Of a stretch of 64,000 bases of DNA, positions 24,201 through 36,669 are shown in pieces. Source of the DNA: Tubiluchus corallicola (Eukaryota; Animalia; Priapulida); assembly GCA_030141605.1 (NCBI GenBank), contig JAQGDQ010000006.1:434001-498000 (forward strand), written 5' to 3'. The first letter of the stretch is position 1. The number at the start of each line of letters is the position of its first letter. The notes beneath the pieces were generated by a model. The model saw only the letters and a list, made by a program, of their open reading frames with translations. It was not told the DNA's origin and searched no databases. The translations under genes and the position numbers were made by a program.

Positions 24201-27200
24201 AAGAAAATGTGGCATTAGCATGAAACATTTAATTTTTACTGTAATGAAAAGCGCCATTGCCGAGTGGTACATTACTAGGCTGCCGATCTAATGGTTCTGG
24301 GTTTGAATTCCACTTGTATAGTGATGTTTCAAACCATGTTCCTCTCGGATAGGCCTATCTGGTTGCCTTTCTAAAGTGTCTACTCGGCTCTCGTTGAGTT
24401 ACTGGCCATGTTCTCGGAGAAAAAAAATGACCGAGGGATGGGTTAACCACCTGCTCTTGTGTGCCAAAGTTAGGAATCTATCCCTATGCCTTTGGGCATT
24501 TCACACTTGTTCTTTATTCATGTACATGCATAATAATTCAAAGTCGATTTGTTTTTTTAGAAATTAGACATTTAGAAAGTTCATTAACTACAGGTGAAGC
24601 TGTCTTACAATTAAAAGAATTGACTAAAGAAGTGAGTAGAAATTAAAAAAAAATTTGGAACTTTCAAACTTCCAAAATAAACTGTTCTGTAGACATTTAC
24701 TACAAAGTTTATGTAAGAAACCTTGTCAGTAAGCTAGCATGGGGTTCAGCTGAGTCTTACTAATGCACTGACGCCAAACAACTTCCCATCTTCTACACTG
24801 TCAGTATTGCTACTACAGTAAGTGCTCGCTTAACGACATTAATGCATTCCAGCAAAATGCGACGTTAAGCGAAACTTCGTTAAAGACATGTAATGTAATG
24901 TAAAAGAAAGTACTGTAAAACAATTGTAATACGTTCCAGAGGCAAAAGTCAGTGCTGCTTAAATCATATAATTTTTTTAATGGTTTTATGAGTTTTTATT
25001 CATATTTCTACAGACTAATTTCTTTCTGTTTGCTTGAAATCAAGTATCGTTTTTACCATCTAGCTAGATTTGCTAGCGGTTTTTCTTTCCTTAACGTTGA
25101 ACCCTGTATGTCGAGTGACCTTGAGTAAATTTCATGCAGTACTGATCTGGTTGTTATAGCAACGGGTTGCAGACAAAATTCCCTGGCATAAAGTTTATTT
25201 TAAACTCCGTTGTCTGGAGGCGTATAAATCGTAAATAGATCTCATTTGATACAAATGGCTAGAATTTAGTACGTAGCCAGTTAGGAAGCAAAAACATTAT
25301 AATAATTGCATTGTTTAGGTTACTAATGCATTTTAGAACAGAATAATGCAATATGTACAGTTTTAATTCAAATAAAGTAAAAACGTTGCTGATAAAATAA
25401 AGTGCCTGTCAGCAAAGTAGAAAAAAATCACCGTTAAGATGAAACGTTTCTTGTTACGTTAGAAAATATGTTCTGCATTGTTAAAATGAAACATTGCTAA
25501 ACAGGGAGTCGTTAACCGAGGACTTACTGTACTTGAGAGCTAAGCGCTTAAAACAAAATTTATCTAGCAGTTGCAACAATCATAAGTTGCCTCACATACC
25601 TTGTATAGAATTTGAAGTTTCCAGTTGCTTAAGTAATTAGCTTGTGGCTTGAAAGGCTTATGGTAAAGTGCCCATTGACCAATATTATATATATACATAT
25701 ATGCAGCTGCCAAGTTTTTCGCAATTACACTAAACATTTTTTCAAATTCAATTTAATGTGATATACCGATCTAAAACCACTTTTTGGGGAAGAAATAGTG
25801 AATCAATCCAGACATTAAAGAATCTATTTTTATAGCAAAAACTTTGGAGTTATATACTACATACAATATATTTCAACCTGGCTTATCTGGCTACATACTT
25901 ATTTGGCTTCATTCTTCAACCTGACCCACGCAGGTCAGTATGGTGCCCTTGCTACTATTATAGTAATCTGCGACTTATTTGGGCAAAACATGCTGATTTT
26001 CCCATAGTTACCCCGTAATAAATTTATTTAGAAGCTACAGCTCATTAGTTAATGTTTCTACCTAGGATTTGCTCACTTTAACAGAAATGTTTTACTGTTG
26101 GTAGGCACACGAGTACTAGACCTATATTATATATTTACCTTGAATGACAAAGTAAAAAATAATTAGATACATTAATTTGGAGGATTTGTCACTAATCATG
26201 TACTGTTTTAAACTCTGTCCTCAAAAATTATATATCCGAATGCTTCCATGTAATGCACATATCAAAGAAGTTGTGGTATACTTAACACTTTCATCCTGTT
26301 AGTGCAAAAACTTATCAGTTTTTTCATGCAGCACCATCAAACAATGAATTTAAATATTTTCTTAGTTCACTGTTTTTTGTAGAACTATTTAATGGAATTG
26401 AGTGCTTATTCAACAATTTAAACTGGGATCTTGAACAATGCTTGAAGTTTATTTGGCGTAGACATTCTTCAGTTCTAAGCTGTAGCTGAAAGAGCTTCAA
26501 CATCAAGTGAACAAACTGCAAAGTCAATATTATGTGGTGCCCAGATAATAAAAATCTGTACTACACTTAAGTTAAATAATGGTTCTCTCTAGAGTCTAGA
26601 CTGAGTATAAATTCTGAGAATCTATTAACCTCTTTATAATTAGAGAGATACTTTGAAAATTGCTATTAATTGAAATTTTCATATTCTCACTTTTATAGTG
26701 TGATTTACTGCATCAAAGGCTCAACCAGATAAAAAATGCAGAAAACGTGGTTTCACCAGAAGAGAAAGAGAAGGTTCGTATATGCTAAAGGACATTTACA
26801 TAGTTAGCGTAAAATAAAGATTTCAATGTTTTCTGTTTTGTTAGAAACTATGTTTTACCGATGCAATATTAATCGTGGGCATAAACGCTCTTTAAGCCAT
26901 GAAATTTCCCTATAGTGAAATTTGCCTCGATTGCTAAATATTTAATAAACCTAGCTCTTAATTATCCTGCAAATGAGAAGAATGCATCTGACTTTGACTT
27001 AGCTTATTTGCACTGGAAATGTTTTTATTAAAAACCTGTTTAAGCATATATATTCATATAATTTAATGTGTTTTTTTACATTTCTAGGCTCGTGAATTAA
27101 GTTTTATCGTTGCACTATAAGTTGTCAATTTTTCTTTTACGCAGATTTATAAACAAAATAAGAAGTTCTTACAGGAATGGCGCAAGAGAAAGAGAATGGT

Positions 27201-27719
27201 AAGTTTTATCTGTCAGGATTTGCTGGTAATTTTGCTTGTACTGCTAAACATTAGTATACTAACAATAACTGGCACGAAGATTGGTAACTATTAACTTACT
27301 GTTAAATAATTATTTAGAATCTTTTTCAAAACATTTAATCTTGTACATGAAGCTTTTGGCTACCATTAATGAATTCTGCTATTTCATGCTTTTCTAATGT
27401 TTTCTGCCCTTGTGTAAGGAAAATTTTTAGTTGTCCAAATGTGCATTTTTTGTCAAGTGATCTATTCTCATTTAAATTTTAGGCAATGAATATACTAAAT
27501 GCTGTGCTGGAAAATTATCCGAATTCCAAAAAGGAACTATATGTAAGTACAGATACTGTTAACGACAGAGAGCAACTGACTCACTACATAGGCTCTCTAT
27601 AAATTTAAAGGAGAAATTATTTATGAAAGTACCTTTTCTTTACTAGGAATTCTTGTTGATTACAGGAGGAGATTGGTATAGAAACAGATGAGGATTATGG
27701 TGTTGCATTACCAGTATAG
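21230..27719 (+). CDS. PSMC3IP: Homologous-pairing protein 2 (HOP2/TBPIP), 211 aa; exons 21230-21254, 21762-21856, 23402-23491, 23807-23918, 24561-24631, 26699-26773, 27145-27198, 27483-27542, 27666-27719
   Basis: Spliced translation MSKAKDAEAEMALLRYLIKENRPYSAIDIFNNLHREYGKTAVIRALENLAQEGKIKEKVYGKQKVYLADQ...EWRKRKRM...LENYPNSKKELYEEIGIETDEDYGVALPV. All introns are GT-AG with consistent phases, total 636 nt. Confidence 0.95.
23975..24032. repeat. Two tandem copies of a ~28-bp unit
   Basis: atgaattattcttattgacaatacataat appears twice in HOP2 intron 4. Confidence 0.85.
24250..24500 (+). mobile_element. tRNA-derived SINE in HOP2 intron 4
   Basis: A-box-like TTGCCGAGTGGT and B-box-like GGTTTGAATTCC at tRNA-like spacing, followed by a non-tRNA body. 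Confidence 0.6.
24816..25529. mobile_element. Non-autonomous Tc1/mariner (pogo/Tigger-like) element
   Basis: TIRs CAGTAAGTGCTCGCTTAACGAC and GTCGTTAACCGAGGACTTACTG, flanked by TA on both sides. Confidence 0.85.
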
Positions 27720-28175
27720 TACAGTTGCTGCTTGTGAACAGTACACGAGTACGCTATTTTTTAGTATGTGCTGATAGTTTTGCTTGAATTTCATACAGTG
27801 AATTAAGTTCCAACGACACTGTATTATTTCTGTATATATAGCAATTATATCATACTGATTCTTTAATAGGTAAGAACTTGTAGTAGTAAAATACTATAAA
27901 ATAAGTATACAACTTTTACGTTTTTCTGTCTCTCTTGTTGAGTACTGTTCTAAAAGAGCACATTAGTGAGTTCACCACTCAGCTCACTTCTGCATTCAGA
28001 TAGATCTGTTCTTTGGTCGAGATTGTAAGCTAGGTGGTACCTAGGGCTAGATTTTGTCAAATTCTGTGCAACAGCAACTTATGAGAATCCACGGAATCTA
28101 ACTCCAATTGTGATCACAAAAAATGGAAATGGTACATTGTTTTGCCATGAATATTTTTAATTAAATGGGGGTTGT

Positions 28176-28300
28176 ACAAGAAAAGGGGTACCTGAAGTAG
28201 GTTTCAGAAAAATTGCCTTAAAAATTGTATTATTTTTACAACATTTTTAACCATATATTGTGCTCCAATTAAAAGGAATTTTTGTTTGTTTTCATTTTAA
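28176..28300 (-). mobile_element. Terminal fragment of the same family as the Kolobok-like element at 50533-51201
   Basis: acaagaaaaggggtacctgaagtaggtttcagaaaaattgccttaaaa...ttaaaaggaatttttgtttgttttcattt matches the reverse complement of ~51070-51200. Confidence 0.7.
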
Positions 28301-28999
28301 AGGGGGAATATCATGAAAATCAAGTTAAACTTATTTTATAGTTGCCTTCCCCGTGAACAACTTGGCAAAATTTTTTAGCAGTACGTTGTCTAATTAATGA
28401 GTAATTAACTTTTTTGTATCTCGCGGGAAACACCATGGAGCTGCACTTACACCTCTCCCGGTGAAAAAATTAAACTAGCGCAGCTCTGCTGATGATGTAG
28501 CAGAGTGTACCTGCTGCTTGTTATGATACTGTCGTACATGACTGGGCTGAAAATAAAGCTGTTTTTACTACATTAGAGTATTTGACCTTGGGTCGTATAG
28601 GTAGTCACCTGATAGGAACGGTTGTTTATACATGCTGCTTATTCGAAAGAAAGCAGACCAATTAATGAGAAAACATGCTTAACACATAATTATCACATTC
28701 AAGATTAAATTTCTTCCCTGCATCTCTTGTGAAATGCATGATTTCATTGTACATTCAGTGGCAGAGTTTTTTATCCTTGATGAGTGTTTTACACTTTTAG
28801 TTATTTCTACTGTCAATCACACGACTGTATTCACGAAAATAATTATTTATTTGCTTATATTTTACATAAATTTCAGAAATTAGCATGCAACTAAGCAGTC
28901 AAACAGGATTCAGCTAATAACCCAACTACAGATATCGCATTTTGTAGCACAACACAAAAACAATTTTCTTGCATAAGTTCTGCCTGCGTTGATTCTGGC

Positions 29000-29184
29000 A
29001 CCAGGTGCCTAACGCCCAAACGGCCGCACCCAAATAAACTGTCCCCATTATGCACAGTTATTTGAGTCAATTGCCAACAGTTTTTATATACTTTTGCATA
29101 GGAGCAGCCCGTACTAGACATTTTTGAGACAATTAGGGGATTGATTCTACATTACCGTGAGTCTAATACACAGCGCTTACTGTA
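29000..29184. mobile_element. Right-end fragment of a pogo/Tigger-like MITE related to 49490-50416
   Basis: gcagcccgtactagacatttttgagacaatta...tactgta parallels gcagcccgtaccaggctttttgagtcaatta...tactgta at ~50354-50418. Confidence 0.6.
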
Positions 29185-29488
29185 CTAGCTCAGTGTCAGT
29201 AAATACGGACAATCGGCAAATTCGGACTGACGTCTCCCCACTTTTTTGTCCGGCAAACCGAGATATGACTGTATTATTGAGAGGTCAATGCATATCTATT
29301 TACATTCGAGGATTCGTGTTGAAATTCTAGCCCTTGTCTGTATGCCATATGAAACAACTTTTACCTAACACCACTTTAAACTGATATCACTGATCTTTAC
29401 TACAGGCACTTCTTTCTTATTACATCAATAGAAAGTACCCAACTATAATTGCTTTAGATTTCTCAACATGTCATGACTCTCAGCACAT

Positions 29489-29622
29489 AGTACACAAATT
29501 TTAAGCATTCCTCTTAGCCCGAGCAAGTGTATGGGCTATTAAACAAATGACCAGTACGCACAAATTTTAAGCATTTCTCTTAGCCCGAACAAGCGTATGG
29601 GCTATTGAACAAATGACCAGTA
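29489..29622. repeat. Two tandem ~66-bp units, each containing a hairpin
   Basis: cacaaattttaagcatt..ttagcccga(g/a)caag(t/c)gtatgggctatt..aacaaatgaccagta is repeated, with a tagccc/gggcta stem. Confidence 0.85.
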
Positions 29623-29812
29623 TGGCAGACCTGCACCTTTGCAGCCAACCTTCCTTAGCCCACTAAATACAATAGGTAGCACTTGCTGAATTTGGCAGAA
29701 AGTATCACTTATTCTGCTAATATATAGCATATTCACACAACCACACAATAATTCATTTATGCAGAGAAGCTCACTGTCACCACTACGTTGTTTTACCAAT
29801 TAAACTCGCATT

Positions 29813-32800
29813 TTATGTTAAAGTTATAATACATGAATCAACTTGTTTCTCATCATTCTGTTCCTCTGCTATAATAGTAGGTGCTGTTATAACCTCACAG
29901 TCATTCCTTGTCATAAAGTATGGTCCAGTAAGAGTGCTTTCAATATCGTTTACAATTTGTAAATACTTTTCCATTACTGTTGTTGTGCTCACGTCACTCT
30001 GCTCCCGCTTGGTTTCTGTTAGCTTCACAGGCAATTGAACATCACCTTCAATATGTTTCTCGTTTGCTGCAAGCAAATACTGCTGCTTTGTAAGAAGTTT
30101 CTCTTGCTCAATTTGTGACTCGTTTAGTTTAGTCATTATGATAGCTATATAACCATCACTGTCGGGCTAAAAAAACAGTTTACAATTAAAATGTAGCTTT
30201 GCTTAATGACTACACGAATTTGTGTACGAAAGAAAAAATTTCAAACCTTGAAGGTTAAATCGTGTACTCAATTTGCCATCTAATGCATTAGCTACAGAAA
30301 AAATAATGTTTTATTAAGTTTTTAAATTGTCTTTTAAAGTAATAAACAAAATTTACTCAGATTTACAGTAAATGCTTACCTTTGCTGTAACAAGACTAGG
30401 TCTATCTAATAGTCTGGTATTAATTTCTACCAAATGTCCTCGGATGCAACTGTAAACTGTATATGAAGAATTGTCTATACAGGATATGCAGCAAACAGGA
30501 GAATAAGGTTCTAACCAATGTCCACCCTATATTTTCAAAATAAATTACTTTAAAAACATGACAAGAATGCTTCGATTAGCAGCACTCAAATTGGAACTCA
30601 GAATTACACATTCTTCAGTTGCCTGAATCATGTTTTTAAAACATAATTGTGTAACTAAAGTATCGTAGATACCATTTGTAAGAAGGCAATGTCCTTCAAG
30701 AAAATCTAAAGGTCTATCTAAATAAGTTAATAACTTCAGACACATTCCTATTCTCTATTCTCCTCAAATATGTTTTGAGAATAAATGGATAGAATGCCCA
30801 AAAAAGAGTGTTTTGCTCCTTGTCCTACAGGTGGCACCAAATCAAAGTATGCCTTCAATGCTGGTGCTAGACATATGAATTTTTTTCATATAGCAATAAT
30901 AAGCCGTTAAGCTTGATGCAGCTAGTTATGAAAACCATATCTATGCTATATACCAGCAGTATTAATAGAACAAATTGCTGTAGCACATAATTTGTATAAA
31001 ATAATTAAATATATATTCAAGGGTGTTTTCACAAAAAAATTTGCATATTATGTAGAATGACAGGGAGAACATACCCTTTTTCGCTTTCCTTTAACAGCAC
31101 TTTCCTCTCTATTCATGTGTTTTCCCAGATTAAAGTTGACAGATGCTATGGTTTTCTGTTTATACAGTATAGGATGGAATTCTGCAAGTGTGAGTACAGC
31201 GATTCTAAAGATAAGAAAAAAATATTAGCTTTAACTTCATAGAAGCTAAAATAGCAAAATACATGTGTTTCAGCAGAAATGTAACACCTGTAAAATACAT
31301 AATATTAAAAAGACCTAGTTTTCAATTTCTACTGACAAAAAAATTTCTCAGAAATTTATTTACGAATTTTATTTTTGTTAGTATTCATTTCTACTAAAAA
31401 ATTTTGGCTATATGCCAAAGATTTAAGAAATTTTTTAGTTGACACAACTAAGAAGTTTGCAGTCAAAAGTGTTTTGTTACAATTGCTTACTGAAGTGTAA
31501 ACAGGAAATCGTACTTGCTGGGCTGATTGATGACAAAGCCAGGCAGTGGATTGTTATCTGTGATGCATAAGCATTTTATAGACACCAAGATAATAAGTGA
31601 TAACATCTACCAGTTAGCTAATGATGCTGCTTTAGATTTACCAAATTAAACCCATTTTTACTGTTCTCAAATAGCGACTGAAATACAAATTAACATGTCA
31701 TGTCATGTCATGTTATAACATTGTTATAACATCTCTCATAACTTACTGGCATTATATGCACTGTCATTATAAGTTAAGGTATCACAAACAACACACTGCC
31801 TAGAAATACTTTAATTATACTGTGATTCTATCAATGATAAAACATTTGTTTGCTGTGGGTCATGTAGAAGCAATAAGTGTATTCCTCATTTTCCTGCGGT
31901 GTCCCCAGCACTAAGTCTGTACATTTCACTATGATAAGTGAACATAAAGTAGACATGTTTTTTCTATGAAGTTAAAATAATTATTAGAAAGAATAATTAT
32001 GCATACAGCCTACTGACTAAGAAGCATGATCTGCGTATGTGACGTTTTGATATGGAAGATACTAATGACTGATTGATTGATTGACTAGTAGCAGTACTGT
32101 GAGGCCAGAATAACACAAAATACTTTTCATAAATTGTTCCAACATTATTGGCAAACACACCGCTCCAGAAGCCCCACAAATGTGGCTGAATCCACCTGTG
32201 TCACGAAAAGCTAATCATGCGTTTACTTTAAACAATTTACAAGACCTTTTAAGAAGTAGGCTAGTTGTAACAATCACGCAATGCAGTTATGGATAATAAA
32301 ATCTCAATAAAGGATATGTTATTACGAAATTTAAACGATGGGTAACTTGATAAATGGCTCATTTTTCTTCTCAATGCCTTGAAAACATTAAAGTAAATGT
32401 TGCCTTTTGAATAATATAAACTTTTGGGAATAGGGGTTGGGGACGGTACTGCATGTTCGGGAACAAGGTTCGATATTTGAAGAAAGGTCAAGATATCGAG
32501 GCTGTGAGGTTGGAATCATAACGAACCTAATTCCGAACACCCCTAAGTACTAGTGCACAGTGATTTGAAAATTATTAACTTATGTTAATGACTATACCAC
32601 AACACAGTAAATGAGGCAGAGAATATGTATGCTTGTGCTTATGTATCTTTTGGGCAAATGCAAAAGCATTAACTGATAGTAACCTCACCCTACAAAATTA
32701 CTCTCTAGTTCATCTGTCTCAAGACTGATAAACACTGCACAATTTAATGACTTACTTGTTAGAGTGGAAGAGTATTTTGTGGTCCTCTTTTGCACGATTT

Positions 32801-34094
32801 TTAACATCTGGAAATGAAAGTAAGTCCTCGAATATTTAAGAAACAAAAATATTATTCAAACTTAATTGCAAAAAATATCTTGAGCACAGTGCGTTGCATA
32901 GACTTGTACATACTTATTGTTGAAGTGCTGGTTCTCACTCGACACACAATGAGATATTTCATTACTTTTCAGTTACAACACCACAAACATGCTGTGTAAC
33001 CAGTTATCACACTGTCTGTATATTGCCAATCATGCTTGTTTTAATGCATTTGTCACATTAATTGCCATTTTTACCTTGTGGTTGCCTTGCTAGGTATATG
33101 TGCATTAGGGATTAGTCAAGAAAACCTTGCCACCTGATTACTGCTCATTAGTGGCATAAATTTTTGGCACTCTCATATTCCGAAAAATCACTTGTCAGCT
33201 GTGACTCAACCTTCCAACTGGTTATTGGCTTTTATATAGGTGAACCTTGTTAAATTAACAGCCCAACTCAAGTGTTATAATGCAGCTGTACAAAACTTGG
33301 TCAATTTATCTCAACTTTGTTTGCATTTTTCAGTTGACATGTTTCCATAATAATTTTATATTAACTATATTGCTGAAGGACCCAAATTGGAATTTGCATC
33401 AATCTAGAGCAGATTTAGAGTAATCTGGTCAAAACAGCTAAACAAATGTCAGCAATCAAGTTTTGCACAAGTTAAAAATTGATTACCCTGACTACCACTG
33501 CTGTTCATCACAAGAACTGAACCCATGCTGCGTCGCAATACTGCGTACTGCTCCTGGGCAGCTATTAAATAACAAGAACTTTTATTCTAAGAATAATTTC
33601 CAGAGAAAGTTTAGGAAAGAAACTTGAAAGAGAGGTATCTTCATTATAAAGTTATTAGAAAGGGAAAGCTTGATTATTTTGTCCTCAAATGCTTCACAGC
33701 AACACTTTCTTAGGATAATTATACGCATGTTCATGTATATGTATAAAAAACTTCAAGATAATTATTATCCAAAATGAACAAAATAAAAAACTAATCAGTG
33801 CATCCTGAGTTACAAATTTCCAATTTAGTCATGCCTCCCTTTCTCCAAACTAATAGGTTTTTGTTGATGTACTTGATATTTATGTGTATAGCATGTTCTA
33901 ATCTAAAATCCAAATAGGGAGTCAACACAAGAGATTATAGGAGTTTATATACTTTTTAATTTTGAATTTTCATTATGTCTCAAATTGTGGTCTTTGAATT
34001 ACAAACAGCTCGTAAGCTATTATTAATTACCTGCGCCTATCACATATTTTGGCGTGAAATATCGTTCTGTAACTGTAGGATATTGTGCATCCAT
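29813..34094 (-). CDS. ABITRAM: Protein Abitram / Simiate (FAM206A), 248 aa; exons 34094-34031, 32807-32756, 31204-31075, 30526-30380, 30166-29813
   Basis: Spliced translation MDAQYPTVTERYFTPKYVIGADVKNRAKEDHKILFHSNKIAVLTLAEFHP...VKGKRKRGGHWLEPYSPVCCISCIDNSSYTVYSCIRGHLVEINTRLLDRPSLVTAKPDSDGYIAII matches FAM206A motifs (RYFT, EDH..L.HSN, SC.RG.L.E.N, GYIA). GT-AG introns, consistent phases, 747 nt. Confidence 0.92.
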
Positions 34095-34649
34095 ACTTTA
34101 GTTGATGTTAATATTATAAATAACACAACTTTATTACACTAAATAGTGCGCAACAGTTCTCCAACTTTCCAAGCTACTATAGAGTGTGCTATACTGGTGC
34201 AATTTTTGCTCAAGCCAAGCGCACGTACAATGTAGTTTCATATTTCAAGCTCTTATTATTGTCTTTCGCAGTGTTTCACCAAACGCTACAGTATTGTAAG
34301 TTTGTTCACTAACGCGTGCACGTCATTAAAATATTTATTAATTACTACGCTTCCGAATAAACTGTGTCAACTGATTCGCTCTGCGTTAATAACTGTGAAA
34401 CTTACTGTTCCGTTTCTCGTTGATAAATCACTAAGACTTAGTGCACCGCTGAATTAGATTATGGCGACTGGCAAGTAGTTACTATTTAGTCAAGTAGCTC
34501 ACACTTGTCAAGCCTTAAACCGGTGAAACCTGACTGGAAAAAAATTATCAAAATTCAGAGAACACAAATGGTAATGCTGGTCACGTGACAGAAGCTCTCA
34601 GTCTAACTACGTCGTCAGCTTTGGTAATCAAGTATTAGCAAAGTTAATA

Positions 34650-35430
34650 AGGAAAACAGACCTTGGAGTCACTGTAGAGAGCAACCTTAACTTCCAGCCT
34701 CATTATCGCTTACATCACACAGAAGGCTCATTGCAGGTTAACACTAATCAAGTGCAATTTTCAGTCTTTTGATTAAGCAATGGCTCTGCTGTTATATAAG
34801 TCATTGGCCAGACCCTTCCTTCATTACGCAGATGAATTATGGAATCCGTCAAGACAGGATGCTATCGCACAGTAGAGAAAATTCTGTAAAGAATGAACAG
34901 TTTGATTCCAGGACTGAGTAATGTAATCTGTTCATGAAGGCTTCAAGTAATTGGTGTAACCACACTTAAGTATAAGCACGAGACAGGACATGATACAAGC
35001 TTTTAGGATTCTACATGGTACTGACAAAATACACATGGATAGTTATGTTACAAGATGTCAACGACAACAGGCACAAGGGCACTCATACAAACTACTCGAG
35101 CATTGTACTAGGGTAGTTGGTCAAAATGTATTGTCATTCAGGGTTGTCAGTCCCTGGAACAGGCTCTCAGCAAATGTAGTTGAGGCAACAAGCATTGCGC
35201 AAAAAATTGAGCAACATTAAGGCACGTCTTGACAAGCACTGGCAGCAGAATCTGTCAAAATTCGTAGATCCCATGTTAACCCAATGGGAACAAAATGTTC
35301 TGATAGTATGACCTCCCTCTATCTGCGTTGGTGCCACTATATTTGACATCACAATTACAGCAAGTTTAGTGTGGTGGAGGGCCAAATAGCACACCTGCTA
35401 AACACCCCGTCGCTGGATTACGAATTGTAT
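34650..35430 (+). mobile_element. 5'-truncated decayed CR1-type LINE
   Basis: ETDLGVTVESNL, LYKSLARP.LHYA..LWNP, DMIQAFRIL, GHSYKL, FRVVSPWNRLSANVVEATS and ARLDKHW. Confidence 0.85.
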
Positions 35431-36669
35431 ATTAATTTTGATTTTAACAAGCCTAGTCTATAATTATTTTTACCTTCAAACGTAAACGAGTCATACATAA
35501 ACATGCATTTCTAAGTGACATGGCCAATTTTAATTAAGAAATCTTAGTTAAGCCTGTTAATTAACTTAAATAAGTTTCCCCACACAGAATGTTATTTTCT
35601 TCAGCACAGTACTTCAGCAGTTACACTCTTACTATCCTCAACCTTTTTAGCATTTACTGGTAACTACAAAAATAATTCTGGTTTTGCTAATATTATCTTC
35701 GTAACATATACCACAATCAGTTTACTTTTTGTTCTCTCTGCTTAACCCACCATAAACGGCTTGCCCGCACTTTCCTAAGTCGCCCCCGAGCTCAAAGTTG
35801 ATACTCAACAAAAAATCAATCAAATTCCGCGAATTTTCTAACTGCGCCAGTTACAAACCAGTATTTCTGTTAAAAATTAATTTCTTTTGGATGTCACTGT
35901 TCGTTATAATTGTGCACCAAATCTCACACTGGTGAAAAACTGAAAATAATATTACTATAAAGCATTATTTAATGTGGAACTCAATGACAGGTCACAAAAT
36001 CAACAAAAGCTATAGACAAAGCGATGAAGCTGAGAACTACCTCCTTGAACTATTGTGAAAAAACGATGGTATAGCTGAGCTTTTACTTTAAATATGTTGT
36101 GATGTGGTGCACTCAGCATAGGCACAAACTACATTCATAGACATAAAAATCATAACAACTATCAGCTATATTCAGTGTAAGACTAGAACGACATGAAAAC
36201 TGTGAGACTGATTTTTTTATTGAACTAGATAGCCTAGAATTTGCAACCCTGCCAAACACATCTTGGAAGGCGGGATGAAAACTAAGATAATCCAAGAACA
36301 TGCCATTAATCAGTATTCAAAGACAAACTTGGGAGCAAGCAAAATGCACTGCAGGATCGAGTTCGACACTGATCTCTTCTAGCTAGTCCAGTCATTTGAC
36401 TCAATATTTCAAACTGCTAGACTGAGGAAAGCATGTGTAGTAATACCAATAGATTGTTTCGATCAACATTAGTGATTGATGTAATGAGTTGTTCTGTATT
36501 ACATATTATTTGTTGTTTTTGTATTCCCTTGCAAAAAGCTATTATTGTATTACACGCTTCATTAAGTTCGTTGCAGCTGTCCGTTCTAAATTCTAACTTT
36601 TGTATTTAATCTATGGCCGCCTCAACCTAGCACACGCCTACCCACACTGCTAGTTCAGTGTAAAGCAAA

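Noticed and set aside
30247-30291. 45-nt exon-like segment in ABITRAM intron 4
   Set aside because: It contains a stop in the required phase-0 frame, and the flanking exons join directly to give the conserved sequence.
31491-31557. 67-nt exon-like segment in ABITRAM intron 2
   Set aside because: It is not frame-preserving and has an immediate stop. It could only be a poison exon, for which there is no evidence.
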